Position numbers and translations under genes: made by a program. A stretch of 32,315 bases of DNA from contig JBBIJB010000023.1 of the NCBI GenBank assembly GCA_037446215.1, positions 1 to 32,315 of the forward strand. Reading direction: 5' to 3'. Of the stretch, positions 24,495 to 32,315 are shown in pieces. This DNA is from Armatimonadota bacterium. GTDB lineage: Bacteria; Sysuimicrobiota; Sysuimicrobiia; Sysuimicrobiales; Humicultoraceae. Every line of letters starts with the position of its first letter. Position 1 is the stretch's first letter. The notes beneath the pieces are model-generated. The model was not told where the DNA came from, ran no database searches, and was given only the letters and a program-made list of their open reading frames with translations.

Positions 24495-25218
24495 CCATCC
24501 GCTCCTGGACGAGTCGCACGACCGCCTCTATCACCTGGGCCCCACCCTGCCCGGTGGTATCTACCACGACGGCATCCGCGGCCGGACGCAACGGTGACAG
24601 ATCGCGGGTCCGGTCCCGACTGTCGCGCTCGGTCTCGCTTCGCCTTACTTCGTCAAGTTCGACTGCGACCCCTCGCGCGCGCAGCTCCTCCCACCGGCGC
24701 CTGGCCCTGGCCTCCAGCGAGGCCTCCAGGAACACCTTCACGTCAGCGTCGGGGAAGACCACAGTCCCGATGTCGCGGCCCTCCATGACGACGCCGCCGG
24801 CGGCGCCCATCGCCCGCTGCCGTGCCACCAGGATCTCTCTCACGCCGGCGACGGCGCTGACGAGCGAAGAGGCGGCGGAGACCTCGGGCGATCGTATCGA
24901 CGACGTAACGTCCTCCCCATCGACCAGGACCCGGCACTCCTCCCCGACGGCCTCCAATTCGATCGAGAGGTCCCTCGCCAGGTCTGCCAGGCCTTGCGAG
25001 TCGTCCAGGTCCACGCCCCACTTCAGTGCCGCCAGGGCCACGGATCGGTACATGGCGCCGGTATCGACATAGAGGAAGCCAAAGCGGCGCGCCACTGCGC
25101 GCGCGACCGTGGACTTGCCAGCCGCGGTGGGGCCGTCGATCGCCACGACCGGGCGGTCGCGCCGCGGCCTTGCCCCGCCCCTTGGGCCGGGAGCCTTGCT
25201 GGAACCGCAGTCGCTCAA
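24484..25218 (-). CDS. cmk: Cytidylate kinase
   Basis: AIDGPTAAGKST, DTGAMYR, MEGRDIGTVVFPDA and RD..D..R..SPL motifs. The TTG start overlaps the upstream stop; the exact start is uncertain. Confidence 0.95.
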   Translation of the reverse strand: MSDCGSSKAPGPRGGARPRRDRPVVAIDGPTAAGKSTVARAVARRFGFLYVDTGAMYRSVALAALKWGVDLDDSQGLADLARDLSIELEAVGEECRVLVDGEDVTSSIRSPEVSAASSLVSAVAGVREILVARQRAMGAAGGVVMEGRDIGTVVFPDADVKVFLEASLEARARRRWEELRARGVAVELDEVRRSETERDSRDRTRDLSPLRPAADAVVVDTTGQGGAQVIEAVVRLVQERMDAV

Positions 25219-26504
25219 GCCCTCTTCCCCTCCTCCTGCCTGTGGGCCACCACCGGGGCTGCCCTGGCGACCGCCGCCAGCGCTGTGCCTAGGTCCTCTG
25301 TGAGACAGGCGCCCTTAGCCACCAACTCCAAAATCCTCTTCCCTGCTAGGCCGGCGGCGAAGTCGCCCCCGGCCGAAGCCCCCACGACCACCACGGGAAC
25401 GCCGCCGTCAAGCGCGGCCTCGGCAACGTCGAGGTTGCGTAGGTTTCCCGGCCCGATCGGAACAGGCGCCACCAGGACCGCGTCCGCCCCCCTGGCAAGG
25501 CGGGAGGCCTCGGCCGCCGCATCGGCGCTGATCGGCGAGAAGGGCGCCTCCTCGACCACCCTCAGGCCGAGGAGACGGGCGGCCTCGTCGTCGGCATCCA
25601 TGACGTGCACCACGCCCACGCTTACACGGTACCCTGAGCGGACCAGATGGGCGAGCGCGTCGGCCCCTGTCCCGCCACCGCAGATCACGTGCACGCAGGG
25701 GCCGGTCTCCGTCGCGACCGCGGGTGCCGCGGCCACCAGGTAGGGGCGTCCCGTGGCGCTGTTCATCCGGACTGCCACGCCGGTGCCGTAGGCCTCCTGG
25801 ATCAGGCTCGGGGTCAGCACCTGCGATGGAGTACCCTGAGAGATCAGCCGGCCTCTCGAGAGCAGCGCGAGCCCGTCGCAATAGGCGGCGGCCAGGTTCA
25901 GATCATGTAGGGCGGCCACCGCAGTAGTGCCCCGGCGGGTAATAGACCTCAGCGTCTCCATGATCTCTACCTGGTGACCGATATCGAGGTGGACAGTGGG
26001 CTCATCCAGCAGCAGGATCCTCGGGGACTGGGCCAGCGCCCTGGCGATCATCACCCTGTGGCGCTCCCCGCCACTGAGCTGGGCCACCATGCGATCCGCG
26101 AGGCCGCTGGTTCCGGTTCGCGCCAGCGCTTCGTCCACCGCCTCGCGATCCTTCTCCCCAAGGGGGCGGAGTCGCCCGAGATGCGGGCTCCTGCCCCACG
26201 CCACTATCTCCTGCACCGTCATGCCGCCCGGCGCCGACGGGTGCTGCGGCAGTGCGGCCATGACCCTCGCCAGCTCGGGAGGCGGTGTCGCATGGGGGAT
26301 GAAGCCCGCAACCAGGACCGTGCCCGATTCGGGTCCGACCGCGCCCGCCACAGCTCGGAGGAGCGTGGTCTTACCGGCCCCGTTTGGGCCGACCAGTCCG
26401 AACAGGGATCCGGGCTCGATAGAGAGCGTAACGCCATCCAGTGCGGTTCTACCCGCGAGGCGGCAGACCAGCCCGGCGATCGATACCAAGGAATCCTGGG
26501 GCAT
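25215..26504 (-). CDS. Cobalamin/Fe-siderophore ABC ATPase (BtuD/FecE-like) with C-terminal extra domain
   Basis: GPNGAGKTT, LSGGERHR, LLLDEPT.HLD and LHDLNLAAAYCD motifs. About 170-aa extension starting VHVICGGGTG..PFSPIS..GNLRNL. Confidence 0.88.
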   Translation of the reverse strand: MPQDSLVSIAGLVCRLAGRTALDGVTLSIEPGSLFGLVGPNGAGKTTLLRAVAGAVGPESGTVLVAGFIPHATPPPELARVMAALPQHPSAPGGMTVQEIVAWGRSPHLGRLRPLGEKDREAVDEALARTGTSGLADRMVAQLSGGERHRVMIARALAQSPRILLLDEPTVHLDIGHQVEIMETLRSITRRGTTAVAALHDLNLAAAYCDGLALLSRGRLISQGTPSQVLTPSLIQEAYGTGVAVRMNSATGRPYLVAAAPAVATETGPCVHVICGGGTGADALAHLVRSGYRVSVGVVHVMDADDEAARLLGLRVVEEAPFSPISADAAAEASRLARGADAVLVAPVPIGPGNLRNLDVAEAALDGGVPVVVVGASAGGDFAAGLAGKRILELVAKGACLTEDLGTALAAVARAAPVVAHRQEEGKRA

Positions 26505-26510
26505 TGGCCG

Positions 26511-27356
26511 CTACCTCGCCTGCCGCAACAGCCGGGCGACCAGCGAGAGCCCCTCGACGACCCTCGGGCCCGGGCGGCTGACAAGCGAGGTCGGAAGCTC
26601 GTAGACCCGGCCTGAGCGCACAGCGGGCAGATGTCGCCATCCCGATCGCTCCCTGAGCCGGCTCGCCCCCGGATAGAGCAGCAGGACTACCTCCGGCGAG
26701 CTGGCAATCACGCCCTCGGGCTGGACCTGCTTGTAGCCCTGAAGGCCTGAGAAGATGTTCTTGCCGCCTGACCTCGTCACCAAGTCATCGATGAGGGTCC
26801 GGCCTCCGGCGGCGATCAACGGCTCGTGCCAGACCTCGATGTAGACGCTGCAAGGCGGCGCCGGTTGGACGGATGCGGCCCGGATGGCGAGAGAAGCCGC
26901 CAGCGCCTCCGCCTCTCCAGCCCTTCCGGTCATCTCTCCGACTTCCCTTATCAGTGCCAGCGCCTCGTCGAAGGTGTCGGCATCCACGGCCAGGACCGGA
27001 ACCCCCGCCGACCTAACCCGGTCGATCTGCTCCTTCTGGATCCCGGCGACGCCTATCACGAGGTCTGGTCGCAGCGCCACGATACGCTCTACTCCAACCA
27101 CGACCCCCCCCACCCTCGTCCTCCCTTCGAGGCGGCCTGGCGGGAAGTCGTCGGCATCGCTGATCCCAACGATCTCCTCGTCCAGTCCGAGGGCGAACAG
27201 CACCTCGGTCACGCTCGGAGCCATAGAGACTATCCTCTGCGGCCTCTCCGAGCGGGCCGGGGCCACTGGTGGCGCCGCTGCGCCGCTTCCACGCCCGCAT
27301 CCTCCTGCGGCGGCGAGGGAAGCCAGCAGGACCAGGGTGGCGGCCAGTCGGGTCAA
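26511..27356 (-). CDS. Cobalamin/Fe-siderophore substrate-binding protein (BtuF-like), probable lipoprotein
   Basis: RIVSMAPSVTEVLFALG, ERIVALRPDLVI, GGKNIF and SRPGPRVVEG motifs; lipobox-like AAAGGC. Start placed at TTG 27356, overlapping the upstream stop. Confidence 0.87.
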   Translation of the reverse strand: MTRLAATLVLLASLAAAGGCGRGSGAAAPPVAPARSERPQRIVSMAPSVTEVLFALGLDEEIVGISDADDFPPGRLEGRTRVGGVVVGVERIVALRPDLVIGVAGIQKEQIDRVRSAGVPVLAVDADTFDEALALIREVGEMTGRAGEAEALAASLAIRAASVQPAPPCSVYIEVWHEPLIAAGGRTLIDDLVTRSGGKNIFSGLQGYKQVQPEGVIASSPEVVLLLYPGASRLRERSGWRHLPAVRSGRVYELPTSLVSRPGPRVVEGLSLVARLLRQAR

Positions 27357-27955
27357 GGTGTCGCTCCCCGCCGCGGGCCGCGTCCGCCAGGCTTCCTGGC
27401 CGCGATCCTGCCAAGCGACCTGGGTCGTCCCCTCTCCTGGAAGAAACCCTCCTGATGGTCGAGTATCTCCCACCCCGAGAAGAGTCTCATCAACTCGCCT
27501 CTTCGGAGCCTGTGGCGTGGGCTGGGGGGGCCGCTGTCAGGCTCCGGCGACCGCAGGTGCGTGTCAACAACGACAACCCCACCGGGCTTGACCGCGGCCT
27601 TCAGTGCTCCGAAGATGCCGCGCTTGAGGAAGAAGGCGTTCACCACAACATCATAGCGCTCCTCGGGGATGGGGTATGCGTCGAGATCCGCCTCTATCCA
27701 CCGAACCGCCAGGCCGAGGCGACGCGCCCGGCGAGCCGCTTCCTCAAGACACGTCGAAGAGATATCGATCGCATCCACGCGATAACCGGCCGCGGCAAGC
27801 ACCAGGGCGTTGCGTCCCAGGCCCGTGGCCAGGTCCAGGGCTCGGCCCAGGGGTAGCCGGGGGAGCCACCTTTGCAGGATGGCGGACGGCGGCCCGTCAT
27901 GCGGCCGCTCCCCGGCCTTGTACCTCCTCTCCCACCTCTCGCGGTCCTTCCTCAC
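27353..27955 (-). CDS. Class I SAM-dependent methyltransferase (TehB-like)
   Basis: RWERRY, RALDLATGLGRNA, AIDIS, ADL, YDVVV and KPGG motifs. Confidence 0.88.
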   Translation of the reverse strand: MRKDRERWERRYKAGERPHDGPPSAILQRWLPRLPLGRALDLATGLGRNALVLAAAGYRVDAIDISSTCLEEAARRARRLGLAVRWIEADLDAYPIPEERYDVVVNAFFLKRGIFGALKAAVKPGGVVVVDTHLRSPEPDSGPPSPRHRLRRGELMRLFSGWEILDHQEGFFQERGRPRSLGRIAARKPGGRGPRRGATP

Positions 27956-28776
27956 GGCCGTGGAGCGGCTCCCGGGGTGGCCCCAAACCCGAGGTCGAGG
28001 AGACCGGCTGCCTCCTCGAAGACCCGGGGGCTGTTCAGAACCACGACAATCAACTGGCGTCCCTCCCTAGTGGCCGATCCCACGATCGACGGGCCGGAGG
28101 CCGCCGTGTACCCGGTCTTTACCCCGTCGGCGCCGGGATAGGTCGAGAGGAGCCTGTTTGTACTGGCAAGCGTCCGGGGCTCCTTGCCCTCTCTGGCGAC
28201 CACCCAGGCCTGCAGCCGCACCATGCCGGCCAGCGCGGGAACGGCGAGCAGGTGCCTGGCGATCACCGCCAGATCGTAGGCGGTGCTGTGGTGGCCAGGA
28301 GCGTGGAGCCCGTGCGGGTTGGAGAACCGGCTTCCGGTAGCGCCCAATCCGGCCGCCCGCGAGTTCATCGCCGCAACGAACGCCCCTACGCTGCCGTGGG
28401 AAGCCTCTGCCAGCGCGACCGCGGCGTCGTTGGCGGAGCTCAGCAGGATCCCGGCCAGTAGGTCAGCCACGCTCCATCTCTCACCGGCCGCGAGCCCGAG
28501 CGTCGATCCCTCGCGCACCGCCGCGGCGTGAGGCGAGATAGCAACGGCCCGGGCAGGATCCAGCCTCTCGGCAACCAGGATCGCGGTGAGCATCTTCGTG
28601 GCAGACGCGGGCGGATGCGGGCGGCGGGCGTTGTGGCTGCTGATTACCCTACCTGTCTTCGCGTCCATGACGACCGTTGCGGCAGGGCGGCTCACCTGGG
28701 TCGGAGTCGGCCCTGGGGCGGCCCCGGCAGCGGTCAGCACCACCGCGCAGGCCAGGAGGAACGGTGCCGCGTTCAC
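27952..28776 (-). CDS. D-alanyl-D-alanine carboxypeptidase (peptidase S11, DacB/DacF-like), catalytic domain only
   Basis: Signal peptide, PASATK (SxxK), SAND (SxN), NPHGL, STAYDLA and KTGYT motifs. Confidence 0.92.
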   Translation of the reverse strand: MNAAPFLLACAVVLTAAGAAPGPTPTQVSRPAATVVMDAKTGRVISSHNARRPHPPASATKMLTAILVAERLDPARAVAISPHAAAVREGSTLGLAAGERWSVADLLAGILLSSANDAAVALAEASHGSVGAFVAAMNSRAAGLGATGSRFSNPHGLHAPGHHSTAYDLAVIARHLLAVPALAGMVRLQAWVVAREGKEPRTLASTNRLLSTYPGADGVKTGYTAASGPSIVGSATREGRQLIVVVLNSPRVFEEAAGLLDLGFGATPGAAPRP

Positions 28777-29366
28777 CCCAACGGTTCGAGGAGCGACTGA
28801 ACGCCCTTCACACCCATCGCCGGAAGGCCTGAAAGATCGTTCAGCCCGAAGTACCGAAGGAAGGTCTCCGTGGTGCCGAAGAGGACCGGCCGGCCGACGG
28901 TCTGGCGCCTGCCCACGACACGGATGAGGCGGCGATCGAGCAGGCGCTCCACGTGCCAGTCGCTGCTAACCCCCCTGATCTGCTCTATCTCGGCCCGGGT
29001 CACGGGCTGCCTATACGCCACGATGGCCAGGGTCTCCAGTGCGCCGCGCGAGAGGGGCTCGGCATGCTCGCGTTGCAGGAACAGCCGGACAGCTTCGGCG
29101 TGCTCGGGCCTCGTGCCGAGTTGGTAGCCCCCAGCCACAGACTGCACCACCAGCCCGCCCACCCGGCTCTGCAGCAGGACAATCGCCGACCTCACCTCTT
29201 GAGCCTCCACGCCGGTGACTTCGGCAAGCCTATCGGCGGGCACCGGACGGTCCGCAACGAAGAGAATGCTCTCCAGCGTCCCTGCCAGCGCCGCTATCTC
29301 CTCGCCCCCTGCCTGGATGGGACGCTCAGGGGTTCCGGAGCCTCCGCTGCTGTCCCCTTCCCTCAC
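28773..29366 (-). CDS. scpB: SMC-Scp complex subunit ScpB
   Basis: LESILF, AGGYQL.T, LSRGALETLAIVAYRQPVTRAEIEQIRGV and GRPVLFGTT..FL.YFGL..L..LP motifs. Confidence 0.96.
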   Translation of the reverse strand: MREGDSSGGSGTPERPIQAGGEEIAALAGTLESILFVADRPVPADRLAEVTGVEAQEVRSAIVLLQSRVGGLVVQSVAGGYQLGTRPEHAEAVRLFLQREHAEPLSRGALETLAIVAYRQPVTRAEIEQIRGVSSDWHVERLLDRRLIRVVGRRQTVGRPVLFGTTETFLRYFGLNDLSGLPAMGVKGVQSLLEPLG

Positions 29367-29379
29367 CGTCTCCCCCGCC

Positions 29380-30183
29380 CTAGCCGGCCGCCCAGACGAA
29401 GATCGGCGAGAAGGCAGACTCCTGGCGGAGCCTCACCTTGTGCTCACCGACCAACTCCAACAGCGCCAGGAAGGTCACAACCACGAACACGACCGTCACG
29501 CGGAGAGGGAACAGGTCCGAGAACTCCAGCCCCTCGCCGCTCCGTGCAAGCGCGCGCAAAATGGCGGCCTTTCGGTCGGCCACCCGAACGGGCTCGTCGG
29601 CGACCTCAGCCGCCTGCTGGCGGCGCGCACGCTCGAGCACCAGCCCAAAGGCGGCAAAGAGGTCCTCGACCGTCAGCCCTTCCAGCGGCAGTTCGGGCTC
29701 CGTAGGGCGGGCCGACCTCGTGAATATGCGCTTCTGCTCATCCTCGTGTGCCCGCAGCGCCGATGCCGCCTCCTTGAAGGCCCTGTACTCCGCGACCTTC
29801 TCCTCGACGGTCTCCGGCATGCCGCCCTCCTCCGGCAGGGGGAGCGCCTCGGGAGGCGGGGCCTTTGGCAGCAGCAGCTTTGCCTTCATCTCGACCAGGG
29901 CCGCCAGCATCCAGAGGGCCTCCGTCGCTTCTGTCAGGTCCATCGAGTTGCGCATGCGCTCCGTGAACTGACGCGAGAGGTCGGCCAGAGGGATGGTGGA
30001 GAGGTCCACCTTGCCCTGGTGCGCGAGGGTCAGCAGGAGGTCGAGCGGCCCCTCGAATCCGGGGACCCGGACGCTGTACCCTGAGGCAGGGGTGCGCGCT
30101 GGGTGGCCCGAGCGCTTCTGGTCCGGTTCCTCTACCCGGGGACGGTTCTCGTCGCTGGTTTCCTGAGGGTCAGGGTCCGTCAT
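29380..30183 (-). CDS. scpA: Segregation and condensation protein A (kleisin)
   Basis: FEGPLDLLL.L, A.LVEMKAKLLLP and VVTFLALLEL..Q...F.PI motifs. Confidence 0.95.
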   Translation of the reverse strand: MTDPDPQETSDENRPRVEEPDQKRSGHPARTPASGYSVRVPGFEGPLDLLLTLAHQGKVDLSTIPLADLSRQFTERMRNSMDLTEATEALWMLAALVEMKAKLLLPKAPPPEALPLPEEGGMPETVEEKVAEYRAFKEAASALRAHEDEQKRIFTRSARPTEPELPLEGLTVEDLFAAFGLVLERARRQQAAEVADEPVRVADRKAAILRALARSGEGLEFSDLFPLRVTVVFVVVTFLALLELVGEHKVRLRQESAFSPIFVWAAG

Positions 30184-30186
30184 GCC

Positions 30187-30801
30187 CTACATGCCGATGC
30201 CGGTCGCCCGAATGGCCAGCCAGTTGACCGGAGCCCAGAGGATCGTACCGATTAGGTTGCCCGGCAGCAGGAGCAGCGCGAGGAGCAGAAGCGGCCCGTA
30301 GGGAGCGATCCTCTCATAGGCGGCGGCCTGGGACGGGGGCAGGACCCCAGCAAGTATCTTCGATCCGTCCAGGGGAGGAACGGGAAGCAGGTTGAAGACC
30401 GCCAGCACGACGTTGATCCTCACAACGAAGTATGCCAGTCCGCCGAGCCAACCGCCGGCCTCGAGCAGGCCGAGCTTGAACCCTAGTCCGATCACGAAAG
30501 CCGCGGTCAGATTCGACAGCGGCCCCGCCGCCGCGACCGCAAGCATTCCCCGTCGCCAGTCGCTGAAGTAGCCGGGATTCACCTCCACCGGCCTGGCCCA
30601 CCCGAACCCCGCGATCAGGAAGAGCAGGGAGCCTATGGGGTCCAGGTGGACTATCGGATTCAGCGTCAGCCGGCCGCGGCGCCGAGGGGTCGGATCGCCC
30701 ATCCTGTCCGCCACCCAGGCGTGCGCGTACTCGTGAACGGTCACCGCGACCAGGACTGCCGGAATCAGGAGCAGGAGGTACTGCGGGCTAAGGCGGAGCA
30801 T
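30187..30801 (-). CDS. Site-2 protease family (M50) membrane metalloprotease
   Basis: [35 protein letters not shown] and [11 protein letters not shown] motifs. Confidence 0.94.
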   Translation of the reverse strand: MLRLSPQYLLLLIPAVLVAVTVHEYAHAWVADRMGDPTPRRRGRLTLNPIVHLDPIGSLLFLIAGFGWARPVEVNPGYFSDWRRGMLAVAAAGPLSNLTAAFVIGLGFKLGLLEAGGWLGGLAYFVVRINVVLAVFNLLPVPPLDGSKILAGVLPPSQAAAYERIAPYGPLLLLALLLLPGNLIGTILWAPVNWLAIRATGIGM

Positions 30802-32146
30802 CTGTGCACTGGCCGGCGGGCACCCGGGCGCAGCTGCCTTCCAGCAGCCGGTCGTGCCTTGTGAGATCGAGGGCGGACTCCCTCTCCACGACCAGTTGCG
30901 CAGCGCCTTCGCGGGCGAACACCATCGCCGGCCTGGGGTAGCGATTGTAGTTGCCGGCCATCGAGTAGTTGTACGCGCCGGTCGCGAACACGGCGATCAG
31001 GTCCCCTGGGTCTATCTGCGGCAGGCTGGCGTCCCAGATCAGGATGTCCCCGGACTCGCAGCAGCGGCCGGCTACCGTGTAGCGAACCGAACCCGGCTCA
31101 GCGGCCCTGGCCGCGGCCACCGCCTCGTAGCGGGCGCCGTACAGGGCCGGGCGAGGGTTCTCGTACATACCCCCATCCACCGAGACGAATGTCCGTATGC
31201 CCGGAATCGCCTTGATCGCCCCCGCGGTGTAGACCGTGATTCCCGCATCCCCGACTATCGATCGGCCCGGCTCGAGAAGCAGCCGCGGCAGGGGCAGCTC
31301 CCAACTGCCGAGAGCATCCACAACCGACTCGGAGAGCGTTCGCACCAACTCCGACCTGGGCGGAGGATCCTGGTCACAGAGGTACCTTATGCCCAGGCCG
31401 CCTCCCAGGTTGAGCTCGGCGAGCTCGAAGCCGTGCGGTCGCATCTCCGCGGCGAAGTCGACCAGCGAGCGGGCGGCCAGCACAAAGGGACCAACGTCGA
31501 GGATCTGTGACCCTATGTGGCAGTGAAGGCCGAGCAGGCGTACCCCCGGGGTCGTAAGGGCAGTCACGACCGCTTCCCTCGCCGATCCCCCGAGGATGCC
31601 GAAGCCGAACTTCGAGTCCACGCCTCCGGTCTGGATCGCCTTGTGGGTGTGGGGCTCTATTCCGGGAGCAAGGCGCAGCAGTATCTCAGCCTGCCTTCCA
31701 CGCTCGTGCGCCATCCTGCCGAGCAGCGACAGCTCGTGGGCGTTGTCGACCACGAACCTGCCTACCCCGACCTCGAGCCCAAAGGCCACCTCGTCTGCCG
31801 TCTTGTTGCTGCCGTGGAAGTACAGCGCCTCCGGCGGGAGGCCGGCCTTGAGGGCCGTGTGTATCTCCCCGACGCTGACGACGTCAACACCCAGACCCTC
31901 TTCCCAGACCACCTGACAGACTGCGGCGACACAGAGAGCCTTAGACGCGTACAGCACCCTGCCTGGGCCGGGATAGTGAGCCCGCAGGGCCTCTCGGTAC
32001 TCGCGGCAGTTGGACCTTATCCGCGTCTCGTCGAGCGCGTAGAGGGGGGTTCCGAAGCGATCCGCAAGGTCAGCGGCCCGCACCCCACCGACGAGAAGGT
32101 GACCCTCTCGATCTACCTCGAACCCGTGAGCGTAGGGGGGCAGCAT
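30788..32146 (-). CDS. lysA: Diaminopimelate decarboxylase
   Basis: FGTPLY, YASKA (PLP Lys), HGSNK, SKFG, HCHIGSQI, EPGRS, CCESGD and GAY..SM..NYN motifs. Start is ATG 32146; the ORF track's TTG at 32227 is the -35 box. Confidence 0.95.
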   Translation of the reverse strand: MLPPYAHGFEVDREGHLLVGGVRAADLADRFGTPLYALDETRIRSNCREYREALRAHYPGPGRVLYASKALCVAAVCQVVWEEGLGVDVVSVGEIHTALKAGLPPEALYFHGSNKTADEVAFGLEVGVGRFVVDNAHELSLLGRMAHERGRQAEILLRLAPGIEPHTHKAIQTGGVDSKFGFGILGGSAREAVVTALTTPGVRLLGLHCHIGSQILDVGPFVLAARSLVDFAAEMRPHGFELAELNLGGGLGIRYLCDQDPPPRSELVRTLSESVVDALGSWELPLPRLLLEPGRSIVGDAGITVYTAGAIKAIPGIRTFVSVDGGMYENPRPALYGARYEAVAAARAAEPGSVRYTVAGRCCESGDILIWDASLPQIDPGDLIAVFATGAYNYSMAGNYNRYPRPAMVFAREGAAQLVVERESALDLTRHDRLLEGSCARVPAGQCTDAPP

Positions 32147-32198
32147 TGGCCTCAGATGTCGGCTGTGTCGCGGCGAGTGTGCCCGCAAAATCCAAGCC

Positions 32199-32227
32199 AC
32201 TCTAGCATGGCGGCCTGGGGGTGTCAA
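32199..32227 (-). promoter_or_regulatory. Sigma70-type promoter of the lysA-scpAB-cmk-plsC run
   Basis: TTGACA (32227-32222), 17 bp, then TAGAGT (32204-32199) with a TG extension. Confidence 0.8.
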
Positions 32228-32315
32228 TTGAGGCGGCTGGGGTCAGGGCGGCGTCACCCTTCGGAGCGTGACCCTGCGTACGATGAGGTCCCCTCCCCTG
32301 TTTCCGGCCGCGTTT

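Noticed and set aside
32147..32198. Lysine riboswitch upstream of lysA
   Set aside because: The promoter leaves only about 45 nt of leader, far too short, and no aptamer motifs are visible.
32243..32314. Possible 3' end of an upstream minus-strand gene (…GDLIVRRVTLRRVTPP*) and a GTCAC/GTGAC hairpin
   Set aside because: Only 23 codons at the window edge; neither CDS nor terminator can be established.
1..32315. Many long alternative-frame and antisense ORFs in the ORF track (e.g. 1343-2494 +, 8629-9852 -, 20447-21655 +)
   Set aside because: They are Arg/Pro/Gly-rich shadow ORFs typical of high-GC DNA, overlapping well-supported genes, with no family motifs.

Overview
High-GC bacterial chromosomal window with about 33 CDS and one tRNA. 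I found no mobile element, CRISPR array or rRNA. The backbone is a minus-strand housekeeping run in Clostridia/Terrabacteria-like order: lysA, site-2 protease, scpA, scpB, dacB-like, SAM methyltransferase, btuF-like, btuD-like, cmk, plsC ... ispH, der, plsY, tRNA-Pro(GGG). To its left are a DUF2089/DUF4097 pair and a 5'-truncated icd. About 17.5 kb separates plsC from ispH and holds a lipid kinase and two convergent catabolic units. (1) A minus-strand unit: GlpP antiterminator, its own promoter and a structured ~220-nt leader, an AfuA/FbpA-type ABC transporter, a HAD-IIA phosphatase and a cytoplasmic glycerophosphodiesterase. (2) A plus-strand LacI-led unit: a non-canonical DHDPS-family enzyme, two Gfo/Idh/MocA oxidoreductases, a cupin, a tripartite tricarboxylate transporter and glpD. 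The best candidate for an undescribed system is this GlpP-controlled, non-Ugp glycerophosph(odiester) salvage module plus the coupled unknown-substrate operon. The second is the SHOCT-like DUF2089/DUF4097 pair with a palindromic operator candidate. All calls come from motif recognition by eye; no searches were run. Gene content suggests a high-GC Terrabacteria lineage (Armatimonadota-like is only a guess).
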